Shown here piece by piece: positions 1 to 8,545 of a DNA stretch of 64,000 nt. Both the position numbers and the translations under genes were made by a program. How positions within the stretch are numbered: the stretch's first letter is position 1; each line of letters begins with the position of its first letter. Source of the DNA: a virus; IMG/VR virus record IMGVR_UViG_3300040801_004793, positions 32,001 to 96,000 of that record, one strand, 5' to 3'. Below the pieces are notes generated by a model, which saw only the letters and a program-made list of their open reading frames with translations, ran no database searches and was not told the DNA's origin.

Positions 1-122
1 ATTGACTCTACGGAGTCCACTGGCAAACAGTCTTTGTAGAGAGGCAATTTAGTTTCTCTACTTAGGGGGCCTATCCTCTTTAGGCCTCGTTCGTGTACAC
101 GTCTAAAACACAAAAACACATC

Positions 123-542
123 ATGTCTAACCAAAACAACAACTCCGCTGTCCAGAACCTCGCTGAAGCTCTGGCTAACCTGATCTCTACTACCGCTCCG
201 GCTAACGGCAATGTTGTGCCTACTGTTGTTCCGCCCACGCCCAGCTACGCGGTGAGCCAAACTGCGGCGGTGGCTCCTGTAGCAACTGTTGTGTTGCAAG
301 GCACCGTTAAGCAGCCATCTCTGAGGACGTTCCAGAGCTGGCAGCATCTAGGCTACACCTTGGGCCGTATCAAGGACGAGACCTTCGGTACGGAAATTCG
401 CGCCGACGAAGCTTCCTTAAGCATCAACGGCCAAGCTCCTCAGCCTCTAAGCCTGACGAGCCTCCTGCCCGAAGCCGTTAACGCGGAGGGTATCACCTCT
501 ATCCGCCTAACCTACAGTGTCACCTCTGGCACCAACGGTTAG
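123..542 (+). CDS. Ubiquitin-like (beta-grasp) modifier with N-terminal low-complexity extension
   Basis: ATG at 123. Ends in an exposed Gly (..TSGTNG*). About 85-aa C-terminal domain after an A/V/P/T-rich linker. First gene before JAB, E2 and E1. Codon usage (AAC/ACC/GCT) is distinct from its neighbours. Confidence 0.7.
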   Translation: MSNQNNNSAVQNLAEALANLISTTAPANGNVVPTVVPPTPSYAVSQTAAVAPVATVVLQGTVKQPSLRTFQSWQHLGYTLGRIKDETFGTEIRADEASLSINGQAPQPLSLTSLLPEAVNAEGITSIRLTYSVTSGTNG

Positions 543-555
543 TAGTTCATAGGGC

Positions 556-585
556 TGGGGCTCCCCTCTAAGAGCCCCACTGTTT
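556..585 (+). terminator. Stem-loop after Ubl gene
   Basis: TGGGGCTC-8nt-GAGCCCCA inverted repeat. Confidence 0.55.
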
Positions 586-609
586 AGGTTACGTCAAAAT
601 TTGACAGTC

Positions 610-642
610 AGGAGGGGCCTCAAAACCCCTCCTTTTCTTTTT
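610..642 (+). terminator. Rho-independent terminator/attenuator
   Basis: AGGAGGGG-CCTCAAAA-CCCCTCCT followed by TTTCTTTTT. Confidence 0.7.
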
Positions 643-670
643 GTCAACAACACTACTCACTAAACTGATA

Positions 671-2038
671 ATGACACAGCAAGAAGAAGCAAAAATCACT
701 CCGAAGATTACATCCTCTGGATCTTTCATTCGAAGAGGCGATGAAATTCAACCCCTGATTCAGTACTTTGGGGGCCGTTACTTTTGTCCAATGCAGCATC
801 CTGTATTTCTGGGCTACACGGAGATGACGGACCAGGATCGCCACATGACTAATGAAGAGTTTTTGACTTTTCAAGATCTCAACTTCTGGAATCTTCAACC
901 AAGTCCAGTAGATCCTTCCAAAGTAATTACTTCTACGGGAACTTTTCAAAAAGTCCCTAAAGAAGATTGGATCAAGACGATCAAATTATTTGCTCACTTT
1001 TGTAGAAATGATGGATTCCCTAATGAGTTAGAAGTGGGCTTAATTTTGGCTCTTCACAATGAGAGTCAGACCTTAAGGCTTCTTGTACCCAAACAGTCTG
1101 TGACAAAAGCCAGTGTTAACTGGACAATTTCCGACATTAAATCTGATACCCAAGTAATGGACTTGGATGGAAACCTCATCGTAATGTCGGATTATACTCC
1201 CGTAGGTGTTTTTCATAGCCATAACACTTTCGGGGCCTTCCCTTCTTCAGTAGATAACACTTGTGAGGTAAAAGACACTGCGGGAAAGATTATTCCCACG
1301 GGTTTCCATATGATTCTGGGAAACTTCAAAAACTACGAAAACTACGAGTTTGATGAACCCACTTTTGATACTTACAGTAGCTTCTCTCATCTGGGAGTTC
1401 GCCACCAAGTAACAAGTGAAAAAACCTTTGAGTTCTTTGTGAGTGATGACTTTTCAGTGGAGGAGTACCAACAGAATACCTTTAGCACAAACATTCTAAC
1501 AATCATCACCAGGTCAACTGTTTGGTCGGGCAAAGTTTATACAGGTAAGTCTTATGCGACGAGGCCTTACTCGGGATCTGCCAATTACGTAAACTACCGC
1601 CCGTTTAGAAATCCTGAGCATGAGCAAGCGTACAACAGGATTAGTAAAAAGCACAGAAAAGCTTCTGCTGCTAATCAAGCCTGGAGAACTTCTACAGTAC
1701 CCGCTCTTATCAGGACGGATGCAAAAGAAGCTCTGATTGAGTACGCTATTAGTTGCATGTATGACATCTACGCCACGCTCGTAGATGACTTGAGTGCCGA
1801 CCCTGTGGACTTAATGAAAGAGTTCGAAGCTTGGCATCAGGAAAGTCTTGGTTCAAACAATTCTCTAGAAATGCTCTCGTCTGAGATGTATACTCCTTTA
1901 CCATCTGAGATGTATACCCCTTTGGCAAGTGATGACCCTCTATCTAATGAAGACTACTGGACATCTTCTATTGATGGAGGAGGTCTGGTAGACAACTCAG
2001 CGGATGTAGACAATCCTTTTTACTATCGAGGAAACTAA
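671..2038 (+). CDS. JAB/MPN+ metallopeptidase (Prok-JAB) with long C-terminal extension
   Basis: Upstream Glu (NELEVG) and the motif HSHNTFGAFPSSVD (HxH-x7-S-x2-D). ATG at 671 preferred over TTG at 641. Confidence 0.85.
   Translation: MTQQEEAKITPKITSSGSFIRRGDEIQPLIQYFGGRYFCPMQHPVFLGYTEMTDQDRHMTNEEFLTFQDLNFWNLQPSPVDPSKVITSTGTFQKVPKEDWIKTIKLFAHFCRNDGFPNELEVGLILALHNESQTLRLLVPKQSVTKASVNWTISDIKSDTQVMDLDGNLIVMSDYTPVGVFHSHNTFGAFPSSVDNTCEVKDTAGKIIPTGFHMILGNFKNYENYEFDEPTFDTYSSFSHLGVRHQVTSEKTFEFFVSDDFSVEEYQQNTFSTNILTIITRSTVWSGKVYTGKSYATRPYSGSANYVNYRPFRNPEHEQAYNRISKKHRKASAANQAWRTSTVPALIRTDAKEALIEYAISCMYDIYATLVDDLSADPVDLMKEFEAWHQESLGSNNSLEMLSSEMYTPLPSEMYTPLASDDPLSNEDYWTSSIDGGGLVDNSADVDNPFYYRGN
1880..1927 (+). 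repeat. 24-bp in-frame tandem duplication (SEMYTPLP/SEMYTPLA)
   Basis: tctgagatgtatactcctttacca / tctgagatgtatacccctttggca. Confidence 0.85.
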
Positions 2039-2039
2039 A

Positions 2040-3065
2040 ATGGCGATTGATGACAGTTACACAGTAACGGTTAACCCAAGACCAGACACAATTAAAGGCC
2101 GATTTTGTTTAAGTCACGCACCTACAGCTATTGGTGTACTTCACAGTATTGGGGAACAAGGAACATTCAGTCTTACTGGAGCCTTTATGCCTAGCTATAT
2201 TAGGTATATGGCTTTCCGAGGAATGATTGCTACAGATCTGTTTTGGCAGTTTTGTACTTCTTGTCCTTTGTACCATCAACAAGCTTGTTCTGGAGGAGCC
2301 CCTTTAATTGCTCGGGGAAGAAACGCCCGTCGCAGGTCGGCCAATTTTGTAAATGCAGAAGGCCGTACTCAAACCTGGGACTACGTTGAAGATAATTGCA
2401 AGATGAATTACACGGCCACAGAGCGGGCGGGAAGAACTAATATTACTATTCCCGACCACTTTGCAGCAATTAACGATGGTAGATTTGCGTGGTTTGCAGC
2501 GGAGTATATTCGAAACGAATTTCGATTTACTCCGCTTCGTATGTTTAATACGTACGAATCGGGAAATGTTTGTTTGGGAGAGAACCGTCTTCGGAGCAAC
2601 GCTTCTCTTCCAGAAGTCTATGAAACGTTTCTTAACGGAACAGTCAACAACGATCTCAGACCACTGGCTGCATCTCGGCACTCAAAGACGACTTTAGAGT
2701 GGTGTCAGACCTTTAATTTAGAAGAGCTCAAAGAGGAGGATGACTATCCAGAGAGAACTATAACACAGTTACCTTGCCTTTCCACGACAAACTCAAGAAG
2801 ATTATTTCACGTTTTGCCGCCAAATGTGGCTTTTGTGACTTATCTTCGACTTTCTTCTCCTAACGAATACGTAGACCTATCTCCAGAAGAAAAACAACCT
2901 CGTATTTACCGTGAAAGGTTGTATGTAGCAATTGCAGCTATGTACGATCCCCTCGGAGAAGACCGAGAAGCATATACCTATGTATATGTTCACAACCCCA
3001 CCAAAATAGTGGAAGATGCAGAGCTTCTTAACCGGGTTCAATACGAAGCTGGTAGATCATCATAA
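2040..3065 (+). CDS. Prokaryotic E2-like (UBC fold) protein
   Basis: PLRMFNTYESGNVCLG..F.N...NNDL resembles the Prok-E2 P..N....G.[IV]C.G catalytic motif. Additional Cys cluster CxxC-x7-C. Lies between JAB and E1. Confidence 0.7.
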   Translation: MAIDDSYTVTVNPRPDTIKGRFCLSHAPTAIGVLHSIGEQGTFSLTGAFMPSYIRYMAFRGMIATDLFWQFCTSCPLYHQQACSGGAPLIARGRNARRRSANFVNAEGRTQTWDYVEDNCKMNYTATERAGRTNITIPDHFAAINDGRFAWFAAEYIRNEFRFTPLRMFNTYESGNVCLGENRLRSNASLPEVYETFLNGTVNNDLRPLAASRHSKTTLEWCQTFNLEELKEEDDYPERTITQLPCLSTTNSRRLFHVLPPNVAFVTYLRLSSPNEYVDLSPEEKQPRIYRERLYVAIAAMYDPLGEDREAYTYVYVHNPTKIVEDAELLNRVQYEAGRSS

Positions 3066-3115
3066 ACCGTCGCCACTCTGAAACCAGTCCATCTAAAACA
3101 TAGCAGAGGTCAAGC

Positions 3116-4054
3116 ATGAAAACTTTCGTTCCTGATGAGATCATCCAAATTGGATGCGGAGGCACAGGCTCCCGTTTAGTAGAAGAACTAAAATTTTGGG
3201 TTCGTGGAAATCTAGTTGATCTGCCCAGGTCTTTTTATTACACCTTGGTAGATTTTGATACTGTCGGAGATAGTAATCTAAATCGACAGCTCTTTTATCC
3301 ATGGGACCTGGGTAAGTCAAAAGCTCACGTCTTTGTGGAGCGTTTACGGAATTTGATTAAAATCAGGCAAATTCCAGAACCAATTAACCAAGATACTGTC
3401 AACTTCATCTTTGACGAGGAGCGGCTAAATAAAAAACTAGTGGTTATTTGCTCGGCGGATAACCCTCTAGTTGTTAAACAGGTCATGTTAAAGTTGCTTG
3501 CCGATGCAAGAAACGACTACCTGTGGATCTTTACTGGGGCCAGTCTAGTTAATCACACCTTACATACTGGGGAGTATCTGGAAACGGGGGTTGGACAGGC
3601 TTATGCGTATGGTGTAGTAAACCAAACACCCCTGTTTCCTGTTCCCCCGAATGAGGCCCTGCTAGACATTATGCGGGCTGTGGGTTATGGTCCCACTTCT
3701 ACGGGTAACAACTGTGGGGTAACAACCTCAGGAGGAGCCCAAACGCCCCTCATGAATCACAGTTGTGTAAATGCTGTGTTACAAATTTTCAATGCTCTCT
3801 TTAAGCATGGTAAGTTTATTCCAGCCATCTACTTTGTGGATGGAGTAAGCACCACCTATGCCGAGGCTATTGATGTGGCTACGTTGATGGGTACAGCATC
3901 ACTAGAGCAGCTTTCTGCTTTAGACTCAATTAGTCGGACTCTTTCTTCTCAATCGGCGTCTGAAAATGATGACTATGACTATGAGGACGAGGACGAAGAG
4001 GATGAGGATGAGGAAGAGGAGTACGATGATTACTTCGACGATGATGAGCACTAA
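3116..4054 (+). CDS. E1/ThiF-family adenylating enzyme
   Basis: IGCGGTGS nucleotide loop, VDFDTV..SNLNRQ, G.SKA, SADN, candidate catalytic Cys (NNCG), acidic tail. Confidence 0.92.
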   Translation: MKTFVPDEIIQIGCGGTGSRLVEELKFWVRGNLVDLPRSFYYTLVDFDTVGDSNLNRQLFYPWDLGKSKAHVFVERLRNLIKIRQIPEPINQDTVNFIFDEERLNKKLVVICSADNPLVVKQVMLKLLADARNDYLWIFTGASLVNHTLHTGEYLETGVGQAYAYGVVNQTPLFPVPPNEALLDIMRAVGYGPTSTGNNCGVTTSGGAQTPLMNHSCVNAVLQIFNALFKHGKFIPAIYFVDGVSTTYAEAIDVATLMGTASLEQLSALDSISRTLSSQSASENDDYDYEDEDEEDEDEEEEYDDYFDDDEH

Positions 4055-4074
4055 CTAGTGTTGACTTCTAGATG

Positions 4075-4098
4075 GTAGGGGTAGTAAAATACCCCTAC
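4075..4098 (+). terminator. Stem-loop after E1
   Basis: GTAGGGGTA-6nt-TACCCCTAC. Confidence 0.5.
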
Positions 4099-4125
4099 TC
4101 GCCTGTAAACCTAAAACAAAAACAA

Positions 4126-4449
4126 ATGAAACTACCACCTGATCTACTGCGAGTGTTACACGAGAATCGGTCCTCTTTACCCCCATCGGTTTTAGAAATG
4201 ATACCGACTCTCTTTGTTAAGGAAGACTTTATTGATCTGGAGGAAGATTCTAGAGAAAAAGTACTAGCACTAATTCGGGATATTTGCTTTATTCTTTTGG
4301 AAGAATTTCCCGAGTCCGATGAGGATAATCCTCAGATGGACAAATTAGCGTCCTTAGAAGATAAGCATCTAATTGCCCTTCTTAAACATTCAATGAAAGC
4401 TGACAGTTTAAAGCTTACAAAGCGAGGCAAAAGAGCTTCCGAAGATTAA
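4126..4449 (+). CDS. Hypothetical protein
   Basis: ORF; ATG at 4126 lies downstream of the hairpin. Confidence 0.6.
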   Translation: MKLPPDLLRVLHENRSSLPPSVLEMIPTLFVKEDFIDLEEDSREKVLALIRDICFILLEEFPESDEDNPQMDKLASLEDKHLIALLKHSMKADSLKLTKRGKRASED

Positions 4450-4457
4450 ACTGAAAT

Positions 4458-4484
4458 AGGGGGAAGGTTGTCCTTCCCCTCCTA
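4458..4484 (+). terminator. Stem-loop terminator
   Basis: GGGGAAGG-TTGT-CCTTCCCC. Confidence 0.55.
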
Positions 4485-4502
4485 CGTCTATTCTTTTTTA
4501 TT

Positions 4503-5081
4503 ATGACTACACCAGTACTAGAATACGTTAAAACAAGTCAGGCTTTACATCCTGTAAAAGCTCACGAAACAGACGCTTGCTATGATATTTTTGTTGATTT
4601 ATCAGAAGCACCTACTCTAAAAAGTAATGCTTTAAAGGGTATGGTATCTCCGAATTCAAATGCTATAGATTTTTCCTTGGAGTCGAAAGAAATTCCTATC
4701 TATCCAGCGTATAACGGAACTTTGTATGTAGATCTTCCCCCTATGTCTGTGACTATTATTCCAACGGGATTATTTTTTAATATTCCGGATGGTTATAGAG
4801 TAGACATTAGAAGCCGTTCTGGAAGGTCTACTACAGGACAATTTTTAGCTAATGGCGTTGGTACTATAGACCAAGACTACCGAGACGAGATTAAAGTTAT
4901 TCTCTTTAACTTTGGTCTAGAGTCTCGTATTCATCAGGGGGATAAGATTGCTCAAATGATGCTCTGCTCTTCAGAGCCCTCTTTGACACAAAGCGTCCTT
5001 TCTGAGTATAATAGAGGAACTTCTCTTCCCTGGCAAAACTCTAACAATAGAGGTGGAGGTCTAGGAAGCACTGGAAACTAA
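4503..5081 (+). CDS. dut: Trimeric dUTPase
   Basis: ACYDI, RSRSG, GTIDQDYR.EI, GDKIAQ, RGGGLGSTG motifs. Confidence 0.95.
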   Translation: MTTPVLEYVKTSQALHPVKAHETDACYDIFVDLSEAPTLKSNALKGMVSPNSNAIDFSLESKEIPIYPAYNGTLYVDLPPMSVTIIPTGLFFNIPDGYRVDIRSRSGRSTTGQFLANGVGTIDQDYRDEIKVILFNFGLESRIHQGDKIAQMMLCSSEPSLTQSVLSEYNRGTSLPWQNSNNRGGGLGSTGN

Positions 5082-5093
5082 CTCTTAAAAACT

Positions 5094-5264
5094 ATGATTC
5101 TTGGGGCTATTACTTTTTTTATCGTGGGGTGCTTTTTTACAAAAAGTATTCTATTTTCTACCCCAAAAAAGAAAAAAGTAAAAAGCCCCCAAGAAATTCA
5201 AGAAGAATTACTAAACCAGTTGTTATTAAATCACTTTGAATATATAAAAAAAGCTAAAAAATAA
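5094..5264 (+). CDS. Small membrane-anchored protein (56 aa), not in the ORF track
   Basis: MILGAITFFIVGCFF...KAKK*. Fills the dut-thyX gap, and its stop abuts the thyX ATG. Confidence 0.65.
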   Translation: MILGAITFFIVGCFFTKSILFSTPKKKKVKSPQEIQEELLNQLLLNHFEYIKKAKK

Positions 5265-7001
5265 ATGGATAAGAATACTGGTATACGGGTAGTAACCTCC
5301 TGTTCTAACCCTCTAACATTAACCTACCTAGCTGCTCATAGGGATTATTCCGAATGTTTATCGGTTATGGATTCTCCTCCCTCTTATTTACCTAAAACAG
5401 AGGAAGAAGCGGGGGAAAAAATTCTTAGAATGCTTCTAAAAAAGAGGCACTTTGGTCCGTTAGAGCACCCTCACGCTACAGTAGAAGTCGTAGGCTTTCC
5501 CCACAGCGTTGCAGTTCAGGCCAGAACTCATAGAATTGCCTTTTGCCTGGATGAAGATACCCGTATTCAATTTTCTCGCAAGCCTCAAAAAAGAGGGAGA
5601 AGAGTACAAAATTATTCTGTTCCATTAAAAGATCTAGCTAATCTATGGTTTAACGGAATCAAAGATCAACGAGATCCCTACTTTGGAAGGCACTATGTTA
5701 GGGATAAAAGACTTCGGTATTTTAATCCCTCCACTAAAAAGATTGAATACACCAACATTACTAATATTTATAATACGGGAGTTAAAACTCTATATAAAGT
5801 TTCTACTGAAGGAAATAATTTCATTCAAGGTTCTGAAGACCATAAAATTCTAACAACCAACTCTGATCTATCTTCTTTTGAGTGGAAAGAGATTAAAAAT
5901 CTTACAACAGAAGATTATGCAATTCGCATGTCTTATAAACCTAATAATCCACCAGTAAAAGAAGATATTACTTTTACTGAAGAACAGTTGGAATCTGAGG
6001 AGTGGCGTCCAGTAGTTGGTTTTGAAAGATACTACCAGGTTAGTAACTTAGGTCGTTTGCGAAGTTTATTTGATTCGGAGCCTAAACTAAAATCTGTTGT
6101 CACAGGCCCAACGGGTTATAAATATGCTTCTCTTCATAGAAAAGAAATCATCTACTTACATACAGAAGTATTAAAAGCTTTTGTAGGACCTCCGCCGGAA
6201 GGAAAAAATAAGGCTTTACATAAAGACGACAATCGTAAGAATAACTGTCTTTCTAACTTATATTGGGGAGATAGCTCTGACAACCAAGCAGATCTAACGA
6301 GAAATGCCGGAGGCAGATCTTTTCAACCCGTACCGGCTAAAATTATTTCTATTGAATGTGTAGGCGAAAAACAGACCTATGACATTGAAGTAAAAAGTAA
6401 ATATAGAAACTTTTTTGCTAATAATCTCGTAGTTCATAATAGCTTTGATGTACAAAGTCAAAGGTATACGGGAAAAAGAGTAGTTGATTTAATAAATATT
6501 TTTCTAGAGTTATTTCCCGATAGAGATCCCAATGGTGAAGGTAGAAGGCTAATAATTTCAAAACTTCTACAGAACGAAGAACTCTCTGAAAAAGAAAGAC
6601 ACTTTGTAGATCAGTTACAAAAAGTTTTTTACGTTAGACCTGCTGGAAAATATCATAATAGGCAAGGGAAAAGATACGAAGTTAGCGAAGAAGAAGTCTT
6701 AAAAAGATACTTCTTTAACAAAATTTCATCCTCTCTTGACTACTATGATCTTGTTGTTACTAAGGGTGTGGCTGAAGAAGATGCCAGGGATGATCTGCCT
6801 CAAGGAATAAGGCAAGGTTTTTTTATGACCTTTAACCTTAGATCTTTGATGCATTTTCTTGATATGAGGTATAAAGCCGATGCCCAGCCGGAAATTATCT
6901 ACTTGGGAGAACTTTTAATAGAATTTTTTAAGGTCTGGGCAGGGCCGGTAGCAGAGTTCTATATCAAAAATAGGGCAAATAAAAACAATGTTGCACCCTA
7001 A
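5265..7001 (+). CDS. thyX: Flavin-dependent thymidylate synthase, intein-containing
   Basis: HFGPLEH, QARTHR...SFDVQSQRY (after splicing), AEEDAR..LPQ, FNLRSLMHFLDMR, AQPEI. Confidence 0.95.
   Translation: MDKNTGIRVVTSCSNPLTLTYLAAHRDYSECLSVMDSPPSYLPKTEEEAGEKILRMLLKKRHFGPLEHPHATVEVVGFPHSVAVQARTHRIAFCLDEDTRIQFSRKPQKRGRRVQNYSVPLKDLANLWFNGIKDQRDPYFGRHYVRDKRLRYFNPSTKKIEYTNITNIYNTGVKTLYKVSTEGNNFIQGSEDHKILTTNSDLSSFEWKEIKNLTTEDYAIRMSYKPNNPPVKEDITFTEEQLESEEWRPVVGFERYYQVSNLGRLRSLFDSEPKLKSVVTGPTGYKYASLHRKEIIYLHTEVLKAFVGPPPEGKNKALHKDDNRKNNCLSNLYWGDSSDNQADLTRNAGGRSFQPVPAKIISIECVGEKQTYDIEVKSKYRNFFANNLVVHNSFDVQSQRYTGKRVVDLINIFLELFPDRDPNGEGRRLIISKLLQNEELSEKERHFVDQLQKVFYVRPAGKYHNRQGKRYEVSEEEVLKRYFFNKISSSLDYYDLVVTKGVAEEDARDDLPQGIRQGFFMTFNLRSLMHFLDMRYKADAQPEIIYLGELLIEFFKVWAGPVAEFYIKNRANKNNVAP
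5544..6440 (+). mobile_element. Intein (299 aa) with NUMOD4 + HNH homing endonuclease
   Basis: Starts at C1 (CLDEDT), has block B (SEDHKIL) and block F (TYDIEV), ends VVHN followed by a +1 Ser. Contains EEWRPVVGFERYYQVSNLGR (NUMOD4) and HKDDNRKNNCLSNL (HNH). Confidence 0.93.
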
Positions 7002-7353
7002 TACCTGTACCGCATATTTTCAAAATCAGCTAGCTCAATTAAGAATAACCGTAAAGATATCAAATACTTTAGACGGCTATTTTTATCCACCCCTTAATTT
7101 TTTAGAAGAGCTAACTGAAGAGAAGTTGTGGAAGCTTGCTTTTAATTTGATAGAGAAACCTCAAGAAAAAAACAATGAAAAAAATTTCTACTTTATATAC
7201 TATGCTTTAAGTAGAAAAAATAGTATACTTAAAAAGTACTGCAACCACCCTGTTTTCTTTGAACCCTATTTACAAAGTTTAAGAGCTTATAGAAATGCGA
7301 CAAAATCGAGATCTTCCCAACATAATTTTCCTGGGTCCGAGTGGCTCAGGTAA
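6988..7353 (+). CDS. Hypothetical protein
   Basis: ORF overlapping both neighbours in the operon. Confidence 0.6.
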   Translation: MLHPNTCTAYFQNQLAQLRITVKISNTLDGYFYPPLNFLEELTEEKLWKLAFNLIEKPQEKNNEKNFYFIYYALSRKNSILKKYCNHPVFFEPYLQSLRAYRNATKSRSSQHNFPGSEWLR

Positions 7354-7882
7354 AAGCGAGTGTTGTTCTTATTTAGAAAAAAAGTATGGCTATAAAAACT
7401 TTCACCCTTATGGTTTTATGAAACGTTTTTATGAGGATCTCTATCTTCTAGAGCCTGGAGACTTAGACGACCCTCAAATTAAAAACTCTAAAGCCGAAGG
7501 AATGAAAGTCTCTTTTCAAGAAATGATGGTGAAAGAATATTTCTTTCGTAGAGAAACAGATCCTTTCTTTGTTTCTAGAAATTATGCAAGAGAACTTTCT
7601 TCGGAGATTCGACCCGTCTGTTTTCAGGGCATTAGAAATATAGAAGAAGTTCAAGCTATAGAAAATCTCCGTACCGGATCTTTTGTTAACGGTTATATTT
7701 TAGTATATCTGGAAAAAGATAATGTGCCAGAAGTAAATAGTGATGAAAACTTATACCCAATTTTAAATAGATTACGAAATAATGGTCTTCTAAAGAGGTT
7801 TATGAAAATTCAAAATGACGGGCCTCTAAAGAAGCTTTTTCATACTATTGATTTACTTATGGTTGAGCAATCTCCCTTTTAA
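7295..7882 (+). CDS. P-loop kinase, probably deoxynucleoside monophosphate kinase
   Basis: GPSGSGKS Walker A, IRN..E motif, nucleotide-metabolism context. Confidence 0.7.
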   Translation: MRQNRDLPNIIFLGPSGSGKSECCSYLEKKYGYKNFHPYGFMKRFYEDLYLLEPGDLDDPQIKNSKAEGMKVSFQEMMVKEYFFRRETDPFFVSRNYARELSSEIRPVCFQGIRNIEEVQAIENLRTGSFVNGYILVYLEKDNVPEVNSDENLYPILNRLRNNGLLKRFMKIQNDGPLKKLFHTIDLLMVEQSPF

Positions 7883-8141
7883 AAGCTCTTTCTAGTACCA
7901 TAATATTAGAAATACTTTTTCTATCATTGGAAAGAAAAGGCGAGTATTTTTCTCTAAATTCTTGATAACTTACTTTGATTAATTTACTTTTTCGTCTATC
8001 ATGTCTAAGTAGACTTAAGAGTACTACCATTGAAGGATTACTGTTGCAAAGAAGAGACCTGCTTTCTATAATATCTTTGAGTTCCCAGGTTTTTCCATCC
8101 AAGTCTAAAAAGTGCTGACCTTTTTTATAGTCTTTCGTCAT
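7857..8141 (-). CDS. Hypothetical protein (lone antisense gene)
   Basis: 94-aa ORF filling a gap with no + strand ORF. Confidence 0.55.
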   Translation of the reverse strand: MTKDYKKGQHFLDLDGKTWELKDIIESRSLLCNSNPSMVVLLSLLRHDRRKSKLIKVSYQEFREKYSPFLSNDRKSISNIMVLERAFKREIAQP

Positions 8142-8155
8142 ATTTTTAAAGATAC

Positions 8156-8184
8156 TTGACGGTATAGAAAAAACACGTTAGTAT
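8156..8184 (+). promoter_or_regulatory. Sigma70-type promoter
   Basis: TTGACG-17 nt-TAGTAT, 25 nt upstream of ATG 8210. Confidence 0.65.
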
Positions 8185-8209
8185 TTAACTAACACTTCTA
8201 TACTTTACT

Positions 8210-8545
8210 ATGATACCAAAAAATATTCTTTTTGCAAATCTAATTCAAAATACCAAGGAGCTTAATTTAACAATTCCTTGGGTGAGATGCAATCTAAAGT
8301 CGGATAAAAAACTCTATGCTAAGGCAGAAATTTCTAACTTTATTCTTTTAGCTGAGTACACCACTGTAAAAGATACTGACTTTTACGGTTTTATGCTTAG
8401 TACAAAACCAAAGAAACTTCAAGTTTTACCTGGTGTTGAAGAAGAAACGGAAATTTTCTTTGAGTGTGGATTTTTTGAGAACCAAAAAAGAGGGCTTTCT
8501 TATTATGCTGAACTCCGAGACACTTTTCAAAGATTTTCTTTCTGA
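8210..8545 (+). CDS. Hypothetical protein
   Basis: ORF downstream of the promoter. Confidence 0.6.
   Translation: MIPKNILFANLIQNTKELNLTIPWVRCNLKSDKKLYAKAEISNFILLAEYTTVKDTDFYGFMLSTKPKKLQVLPGVEEETEIFFECGFFENQKRGLSYYAELRDTFQRFSF

Noticed and set aside
1-92. tRNA or structured ncRNA upstream of the Ubl gene
   Set aside because: Only short hairpins; no cloverleaf or T-loop consensus, and the region is truncated by the window edge. No tRNA was recognised elsewhere either.
601-606. TTGACA -35 element before the JAB gene
   Set aside because: No -10 at the proper spacing; that position falls inside the GC hairpin.
3116-4054. Thiamine/molybdopterin biosynthesis ThiF/MoeB, or a RiPP maturase
   Set aside because: No thiG/moaE/rhodanese or precursor/transporter genes; the neighbours are E2 and JAB.
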